Shown one piece after another: positions 42,313 through 48,158 of a stretch of 48,158 nucleotides of DNA. Within the stretch, counting starts at the first letter, position 1. Each line of letters starts with the position of its first letter. The stretch is taken from positions 1 through 48,158 of the IMG/VR virus record IMGVR_UViG_3300005805_000133; one strand, 5' to 3'. The translations under genes were made by a program, and so were the position numbers. The notes beneath the pieces are model-generated. The model ran no database searches. It was not told where the DNA came from and saw nothing but the letters and a program-made list of their open reading frames with translations. The stretch comes from a virus (taxonomy: Duplodnaviria; Caudoviricetes).

Positions 42313-42561
42313 CTACTCCTTTTTGTATGCTGGGTTAGGAATGTCTAATTCGAAAATATGTAACTTGGTAAAACTATCTGTAGGTGTGTCTTTTAGATAT
42401 TCTAATGTTCTACTGTGTTCTGCTTCTTGCCTTGTCAAATAAAAACCATATCCTATATAATTACTACCAGATACAGAAGCTCCTGTGGTTGCAAAGTTCA
42501 TACCATTTTGACATAATAGCATGTATATTTTCAATCTTTCAGGAACTGGTAAAGGCTCCAA
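42313..42561 (-). CDS. Hypothetical protein
   Basis: 82-aa ORF with a TTG start, abutting the queE stop. Confidence 0.5.
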   Translation of the reverse strand: MEPLPVPERLKIYMLLCQNGMNFATTGASVSGSNYIGYGFYLTRQEAEHSRTLEYLKDTPTDSFTKLHIFELDIPNPAYKKE

Positions 42562-43419
42562 TTAGGTTCCCCATTCGTTCTTAAACAAAGGCACTTGAAG
42601 CCTATCGCTATATCTTAGTCCGTGTTTCATACAGGCTAAGGCTACATTCTTATTATTTAAACTATAGACAGTTTCAATTCCGCCAACTGGCATCATATAG
42701 ACTTCACCTTCAAATCCTGCATCTCTAAATTCCATTGTGGCACGTAGAGCATCTTGAACATCTTGTTCGGTAGCAACTACGAACTTGAGATATACATAGC
42801 CCACGGATTCATAATCACATACGATTTCTGGCTTAATAGCTTCTTCCCAGCGTTCACCGGAGTTAGGCAACTTAGCACTGACACTAAAGGTTAAACATTC
42901 CCGTGAACGATTTGGATTGCGATTTGTCCATGCTATCAAATAACGTTTGAAATCTGGTGTTAAGCGTTGGGTACCATTAGTTTCAAAAGTTAATTCTCTA
43001 AGGTCCTGCATTGACTTGTGTTCTAATAAATCTGAATAGCTACGTTGCCACCCTAGCAAAGGTTCACCACCTGTAATAACTAAATGCTCTCTCATCCAAC
43101 GCTTATACGGCAACATGTCCATAATAGCACCTGCAATAGCATCTGTTTCTAGTACAGGACTAAAGTCCTTAAACCTTGGATCCCAACTTGCATAACTATC
43201 ACACCCTGAATGAACTAATGGTAAGTCTTTGTAAGTTTTAAAATCTCTTATACGATTGGCTATTTCATTACGTTCGTTAGATTTCTCACCTCTTGACATA
43301 CCAAATCCGTCGCAGGTAAAATTGCATCCGAAAACACGAAGGAATACACTGGGCACACCCATATAGCGTCCTTCACCTTGCACACTATAAAATAGTTCAC
43401 TGACTTTAAGTTTAGACAT
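42562..43419 (-). CDS. queE: 7-carboxy-7-deazaguanine synthase QueE-like radical SAM enzyme
   Basis: ELFYSVQGEG...G.PSVFLR..GCN..C, CDS, ITGGEPL, ETNGT, SVS.K, KFVV, YMMP and RLQV motifs. Confidence 0.85.
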   Translation of the reverse strand: MSKLKVSELFYSVQGEGRYMGVPSVFLRVFGCNFTCDGFGMSRGEKSNERNEIANRIRDFKTYKDLPLVHSGCDSYASWDPRFKDFSPVLETDAIAGAIMDMLPYKRWMREHLVITGGEPLLGWQRSYSDLLEHKSMQDLRELTFETNGTQRLTPDFKRYLIAWTNRNPNRSRECLTFSVSAKLPNSGERWEEAIKPEIVCDYESVGYVYLKFVVATEQDVQDALRATMEFRDAGFEGEVYMMPVGGIETVYSLNNKNVALACMKHGLRYSDRLQVPLFKNEWGT

Positions 43420-43437
43420 TTTTATCCTTTATTAAAT

Positions 43438-43466
43438 ATAATATATTATATATTTAGACCTGTCAA
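43438..43466 (-). promoter_or_regulatory. Putative sigma70 promoter for queE, overlapping TAAATA boxes on both strands
   Basis: Minus strand TTGACA-17 nt-TATTAT with an AAGGA RBS. TAAATA occurs at 43451-43456 (minus) and 43433-43438 (plus). Confidence 0.55.
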
Positions 43467-43471
43467 CCTTT

Positions 43472-44329
43472 ATGAACAATATTACAAAAATATTTTGGGA
43501 TCTTAGCAATCATTGTAAATCGGAATGTAGTTACTGTCCAGTTAGCCTGCGCGGGGGAGATAGGCCAAACGAAACAAACGAATATGTACGCATCATAAAA
43601 CTTCTTATTGAAAATTATTCTAGCATGAATCGGAGTATAGAATGGATATTCAATGGCGGAGAACCTTTGGATATGGAGAATATTGTTACATTATTGAAAC
43701 TATGTAGAGAGAATGGAAAGTCTATGACTTTGAATACAAATGGAGGCAAGTTATGGGTTGATTGGTGGGCCATAGAACCTTATGTTGATAATTTAATCCT
43801 AACTTACCATTATTGGCAAAACCCTGCATTAATTGACTTCATTATTTCTATTTGGAAAAAACAAAATAAAAATTTAAGCGTTGGGGTTCCAATCAGACCT
43901 CAATTTTTTGATTATGATATAAACAGAGCACTCGAAATAGAAATCAAACACAAATTAATAGTGGGAAAGAATATACTTTATAAGTTTGCTAGAGAGGATG
44001 CTGGTATGTACGATTATAATGATCAACAACTACGTATTATTTCAGGTGACGAATATTTAGTAGAACAAAAAATAGAATACGACACTATAACCTGGCAAGA
44101 AAAACACGAAGAATCATACTCGACTAATCCTGTATTTACAGGTAAAAAGTGTAATGCAGGTATAGAGTACCTCTATATAAGTCATGAAGGATGGGCATCA
44201 GGTAGCAAATGTAGAAATCACCCATTAGGCAATATATGGGCAGATGGTTGGTTACCACCTAAAACGTCTCAAACTTGTACTATGCAGGCCTGTGTAGATC
44301 CGCTGGATCAGTTAATTACTAAATTTTAG
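43472..44329 (+). CDS. Radical SAM enzyme with a C-terminal SPASM/twitch-like Cys cluster
   Basis: CKSECSYC (CX3CX2C), GGEP and NTNG; C-terminal CNAG...C......G.I......C....C. Confidence 0.85.
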   Translation: MNNITKIFWDLSNHCKSECSYCPVSLRGGDRPNETNEYVRIIKLLIENYSSMNRSIEWIFNGGEPLDMENIVTLLKLCRENGKSMTLNTNGGKLWVDWWAIEPYVDNLILTYHYWQNPALIDFIISIWKKQNKNLSVGVPIRPQFFDYDINRALEIEIKHKLIVGKNILYKFAREDAGMYDYNDQQLRIISGDEYLVEQKIEYDTITWQEKHEESYSTNPVFTGKKCNAGIEYLYISHEGWASGSKCRNHPLGNIWADGWLPPKTSQTCTMQACVDPLDQLITKF

Positions 44330-44507
44330 ATTGACTAGGTGTAAATCGTAATAAAAAGGATTCTAGCAAGCATTGATATGTCTGCCCTGTTTTAATCTTT
44401 TGATAATATACCCACATCCCTTTTTCTATTGCAATAACATTTTCTACGGAGAACTCCTGTCCATCAGAAGTTCTCCATATGCTCTTTTTTGCAGGTATAT
44501 TTTTCAT
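44319..44507 (-). CDS. Hypothetical small protein
   Basis: 62-aa ORF with an ATGA overlap to the upstream gene. Confidence 0.55.
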   Translation of the reverse strand: MKNIPAKKSIWRTSDGQEFSVENVIAIEKGMWVYYQKIKTGQTYQCLLESFLLRFTPSQSKI

Positions 44508-44701
44508 TTAACTTTTGTAGGGTTTTCTATCATTTCAGCCGCTTCCCTTACCTGTTCCTTAATTTTATCCCAATCAATCTCAAACTGCTCAACTGGTCTT
44601 GGTGTAAGTTCTAATACAGGCTCTACCTCTTTAACTTTTTTAGTTCTTTTTTTAGGTGTTTCTGCAACGACAACTTCTTCTGTTTTCTTTTTCCTAGGCA
44701 T
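44504..44701 (-). CDS. Hypothetical Lys/Glu-rich protein
   Basis: AAGGAG RBS favours the ATG at 44701 (MPRKKK); a TAAATA box lies at 44719-44724 on the minus strand. Confidence 0.6.
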   Translation of the reverse strand: MPRKKKTEEVVVAETPKKRTKKVKEVEPVLELTPRPVEQFEIDWDKIKEQVREAAEMIENPTKVK

Positions 44702-44725
44702 AGTTATCTCCTTTGGCATATTTAC

Positions 44726-44932
44726 TTAAAACGGAATGTCATCGTTATCTTCTTCGGCTCGTAATGTTGCCAAACATACATTATAATCAATAATAAATGC
44801 TTCCCAACTCTTACGCATTGCAGGCCACCTTTCCAACATTTGTTTTAGCCTCCACCAACTTACTTGTTCAAATGTTTTATATTCTACAACGTAATCATCT
44901 ATTGTAACTGGCCCATCATCATAATCTGACAT
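44726..44932 (-). CDS. Hypothetical small acidic protein ending in DDIPF
   Basis: Start moved to the ATG at 44932, which avoids overlap with the protease gene. Confidence 0.5.
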   Translation of the reverse strand: MSDYDDGPVTIDDYVVEYKTFEQVSWWRLKQMLERWPAMRKSWEAFIIDYNVCLATLRAEEDNDDIPF

Positions 44933-44951
44933 GGGCCACTCTGTGTCGTAA

Positions 44952-46949
44952 TTAAAACTGTCTTGTGATTTGGAATCCAACTGCGTTGTCTTTGACACCT
45001 TCTTGTCCTTTAAAGTTTTGACGAGTTTCAATAAATGCTAAGGTGCTGTATTCTTTGCTGTCATTGAATTTATGGTACAAACCTAAGCGTGTTTCTTTCA
45101 CATCCGCGGCTAGATTAACAGTGCTATGTTGGATAATATTAAACTGTGCGTCTAATCCAACTGGTGCCACTAGTTCAGCCTCTGCCCTATATACACTTAC
45201 TGGTTGATAAGCCATAATACCTACGCTATTATTTTTAGTCAGTTTATGTTCTGCACCTAATGTCCAGCTGTAGCTACGAACAGTTCCTAGTTTCGCAATG
45301 TTGGCACTGTTTGCATTAGTTCTAGTAAACCCGTGTTGCATGTTAGCATATACAGTGGTATCACTAAGTTCTTTAGAATATCCTAAGCCTAAGAAATGTG
45401 TGGCACTTTCAGTATTACGAGCAGATCCTGTAAAACTGTTTACACTATTGCCTAACCATGTATTAAACTCAGTAAACGTCCCTCCGCTCAGTCTAATATC
45501 TCCTTGACTTGTTTTTACTGTATAGGCAGTTTCAAACATAGTAGGAGCCGTAATCATTTGATTAGCGTCACTGTAGATGGACATTTCAAAGTTATTAACA
45601 GAGGCGTGAGTTCTATCTACATATGAGTTAAACTGTGTGTAAAGATTTTTAGTCTCGTAGGGCATCAATGCCTGTTTAGGATTAAAGTCAAGTCCTCTGG
45701 TATATGCTGTAAATGCCTTACCTTTAATATAAAAGTCACGTTGGAAATCATCCACTACCATAATGCCAGTAAGTCCACCTGTGCTAGCTGAACCACCTGT
45801 AAGCAATAAAGGATCTGCTCCGGGGATGATTGGACCTGACAATCTACCTGTGGTAGGAATACCTACCATACCAACAGGACGAGTAGCTCGATCTAAGTCC
45901 ATTAGCCCTTGCCCATGTAGCACAACATTATAGCCTGCGATATTTTTATTACCAGTGGATAACAAAAGTTTTGCAACATTAGCACCAGTCATCTGGGGCC
46001 ACATTTGATGAATAATAGCAACACCACCGCTGATTGTAGGAGCAGCGAATGACGTTCCAGATCGTGCTCTAGTATCAATGCTAGTAATGCCCACTCCAGG
46101 TGCAAGCAAATAGAAATCACTCATTCTATATTTGTCTTGACAAACGTTATTTGTCATTATCATACATAAATGAGCAGCGCCATTATTGCCGCTACCAGTT
46201 CCTTTATTAGTTTGACTATTCCAGTTTCCTGCAATAATCATACGCCCGCCTAGCATTAGATTACCGTTACTATCTGTTGCTGTGGCAAGTTGACTTAGTC
46301 CTCCAGACCACGCAGTGCCATCATTTCCTGATGCAACTACAATAACCATGTCTCCAGGAATGCTGTTACGCCATTGTGTAGCATTGAAAGATAAAGGCAA
46401 GTTACCCGTATTGGTATATGCTGTTTTATATACACCCGGTGCAATCAAGGTAGGTTTAAGATTGTTTGAAGATAGGGTAAAGTTCAAACTCATGTTTGCT
46501 ACATCTGCACCAGTTTGAGCCGCCCAACTAGCTGCATTTAAAGCATTAGTGCTGGTAATGACACCTGTATTAGTTACCTTACCAACAATAAGTTTAGCGT
46601 CATAGGCTACACCATGGGCACCGATATTGTTTTTAGCTGCGGCAGCAACTCCTGCAACATAGGTGCCGTGTCCTACTCTATCTGCTATAGTTCCTGAGTT
46701 ACTAAAGTCTTTTACCATCAAAATCTTATTCACGAACTCTGCATGATTAACATCGATGCCAGAATCTAAAACTGCAATCACTGAGCCTTTGCCTGTATAT
46801 CCCCGGGCATAGGCAGCACTGGCATTAACACTGGGCAATGCTCTGCTTCTACCATATTCTCCAGTTTCAAATGCTTGTTGAGTTAGAGATTGCGCATAGA
46901 GTGAACCGCAGGCAAGAGCAATACTTGCTGCTAAGATTTTTAGTTTCAT
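44952..46949 (-). CDS. Secreted subtilisin-family (S8) serine protease with an autotransporter-like C-terminal beta domain
   Basis: Signal peptide MKLKILAASIALACGSLYA; catalytic VLDSG, GHGT, SGND and SGTSFAAP; amphipathic beta strands ending in VGFQITRQF. Confidence 0.85.
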   Translation of the reverse strand: MKLKILAASIALACGSLYAQSLTQQAFETGEYGRSRALPSVNASAAYARGYTGKGSVIAVLDSGIDVNHAEFVNKILMVKDFSNSGTIADRVGHGTYVAGVAAAAKNNIGAHGVAYDAKLIVGKVTNTGVITSTNALNAASWAAQTGADVANMSLNFTLSSNNLKPTLIAPGVYKTAYTNTGNLPLSFNATQWRNSIPGDMVIVVASGNDGTAWSGGLSQLATATDSNGNLMLGGRMIIAGNWNSQTNKGTGSGNNGAAHLCMIMTNNVCQDKYRMSDFYLLAPGVGITSIDTRARSGTSFAAPTISGGVAIIHQMWPQMTGANVAKLLLSTGNKNIAGYNVVLHGQGLMDLDRATRPVGMVGIPTTGRLSGPIIPGADPLLLTGGSASTGGLTGIMVVDDFQRDFYIKGKAFTAYTRGLDFNPKQALMPYETKNLYTQFNSYVDRTHASVNNFEMSIYSDANQMITAPTMFETAYTVKTSQGDIRLSGGTFTEFNTWLGNSVNSFTGSARNTESATHFLGLGYSKELSDTTVYANMQHGFTRTNANSANIAKLGTVRSYSWTLGAEHKLTKNNSVGIMAYQPVSVYRAEAELVAPVGLDAQFNIIQHSTVNLAADVKETRLGLYHKFNDSKEYSTLAFIETRQNFKGQEGVKDNAVGFQITRQF

Positions 46950-46957
46950 AGGAAATC

Positions 46958-48058
46958 CTATTTTAAGTTGGCGAAAAGATTAGTGGCACTGAAAAAGTTT
47001 TGAGTCAAATCCTCAGCCTGTTTACGGATTTGAGGTATTTGTTTCTCATAGTTCTCCATCAGTGTAATGATATTATAGCAAATATCCTGTCTATGAGCAA
47101 GATAACTATCCCAACTCTCTGTCCATTTAGAAGGATATTTAAAGCCTTCATAATACATTTCCTTGTAACTTAGTCTATCTGGAACGAATGGAATAGCATC
47201 AACTAAGCATCCTTCGTAACAGCTAATACCCAGTGTCTCTTGTAGGTTAGCTGAAAATACCATGTTGGCTTGACCTAACAGTTTATGATATTCATCTTTA
47301 CTCAAGGTCTTTTCCTGACATACTATAAACTCATATTGAGGTAAGATGAGTTCTAAGTCTTTGAATATCTCTAGCTGTTTTTCTGGAGCGAGACGATGCG
47401 GGAACAATATAAGGTTACGTTTTTTAAGATTTTTGAACGGAGCCAGAGTTTCCTGCATATACTCCATGGGCCAACCTGACCTTACAAAGTAGGGTCTTTT
47501 TCCATATAGAGCATCTTCTATGTCTTCATCGATCCAAGGGTTTTCATCTAATCCGTCGTTTAACAAGTTACGAACAAACATCTCAATATGAAAGTTTGTG
47601 GCAAAGTAGTTATGGTCGATAGCATTAAAGAAGCTTTTCTCAGCATGTCTTACCCATGGACTATTACCAATAAGACGACCTAAAAAGTCCTGAGGGTCGT
47701 ATGACCCGGCGTGCCACAGTGCGTGAATCTTTACTGGGATATTCAGTAAAGAACTCATATATTTTAAGTTTATGATGCCTGGATGCCAAGCATCAGTAAA
47801 AATAAAATGGTCGCCAGGTTTAACGGCTCCATCACAAAAAAGCCTACCCATTTGTTCAACCTGGCTAGACTTATATATATTGGTGCCACCAAAATTAAGA
47901 AAAGCGCCAGGAGTAGTGGCGCTAGGAATATCCGTAGGACCAGAGATAACGTGAACCTCATGTCCTTGTCTTGTAAGAATTTCGGGTACATGGTGTTTCC
48001 ACTGTCCTGTATAGCGGGTCTCTACGCTTTCTAAGTCTACTAGAAAGATCTTAGCCAT
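46958..48058 (-). CDS. GT-B fold glycosyltransferase (GT4-like)
   Basis: FPHRLAPEKQ and FSANLQETLGIS.YEG......P.VP..LSY.EM donor-binding motifs. Confidence 0.8.
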   Translation of the reverse strand: MAKIFLVDLESVETRYTGQWKHHVPEILTRQGHEVHVISGPTDIPSATTPGAFLNFGGTNIYKSSQVEQMGRLFCDGAVKPGDHFIFTDAWHPGIINLKYMSSLLNIPVKIHALWHAGSYDPQDFLGRLIGNSPWVRHAEKSFFNAIDHNYFATNFHIEMFVRNLLNDGLDENPWIDEDIEDALYGKRPYFVRSGWPMEYMQETLAPFKNLKKRNLILFPHRLAPEKQLEIFKDLELILPQYEFIVCQEKTLSKDEYHKLLGQANMVFSANLQETLGISCYEGCLVDAIPFVPDRLSYKEMYYEGFKYPSKWTESWDSYLAHRQDICYNIITLMENYEKQIPQIRKQAEDLTQNFFSATNLFANLK

Positions 48059-48158
48059 TTTGTTCTTGACGATTAGCCTTGCTTTCTCTACGTGCCTTAC
48101 GTTCTAGGTATTCACGCCCCTTTTGAAACTCTTTCCATTCTCTTGACTTGTATAAGTC
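48051..48158 (-). CDS. C-terminal end of a hypothetical protein (truncated by the window)
   Basis: Open frame ...DLYKSREWKEFQKGREYLERKARRESKANRQEQNG* overlapping the glycosyltransferase start. Confidence 0.5.
   Translation of the reverse strand, partial: DLYKSREWKEFQKGREYLERKARRESKANRQEQNG

Noticed and set aside
41703-46949. RiPP cluster (radical SAM-SPASM + S8 protease + oxygenase + short ORFs)
   Set aside because: The genes are on mixed strands, there is no precursor-like peptide or transporter, and the protease looks outer-membrane anchored.
144-48034. Many 60-120 aa ORFs nested in or antisense to long genes (e.g. 144-332, 2558-2773, 9781-10062, 36009-36254, 44373-44729, 47783-48034)
   Set aside because: They overlap well-supported genes, mostly use non-ATG starts, and show no recognisable motifs.

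Overview
This is an AT-rich, densely coding 48 kb segment of a large contractile-tailed (myovirus) phage genome with a T4-like late-transcription system. The baseplate proteins resemble those of jumbo myophages, which is an inference from motifs, not a search result. Layout from left to right: (1) 1-4413, minus strand: partial GIY-YIG endonuclease, two small basic nucleoid-type proteins, gp46/gp47 (Rad50/Mre11) and a long gp55 late sigma factor. (2) 4527-32955, plus strand: baseplate and tail module with tube/baseplate protein, gp53, gp27-like hub, gp5 spike with a C-terminal lysozyme-fold domain, gp25, gp6, a 4421-aa multidomain structural protein, a collagen fibre and three paralogous fibre proteins. 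(3) 32952-48158, mostly minus strand: thyA, DHFR, MoxR-type AAA+ ATPase with a metallopeptidase-vWA partner, RNase H/flap nuclease, 2OG-Fe(II) oxygenase, QueE, radical SAM enzyme, a signal-peptide subtilase with an autotransporter-like C-terminus, and a glycosyltransferase. Near-consensus sigma70 promoters drive minus-strand genes, and TAAATA boxes mark late promoters. The most interesting points are the QueE/glycosyltransferase/oxygenase/radical SAM neighbourhood (possible undescribed modification pathway), the phage-borne autotransporter-like protease, three late promoters with ATG exactly 5 nt after TAAATA (candidate leaderless late mRNAs), and the Hc1-like plus AT-hook-like gene pair. I saw no tRNA, rRNA, CRISPR array, intron or intein. 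All calls come from motif recognition by eye.
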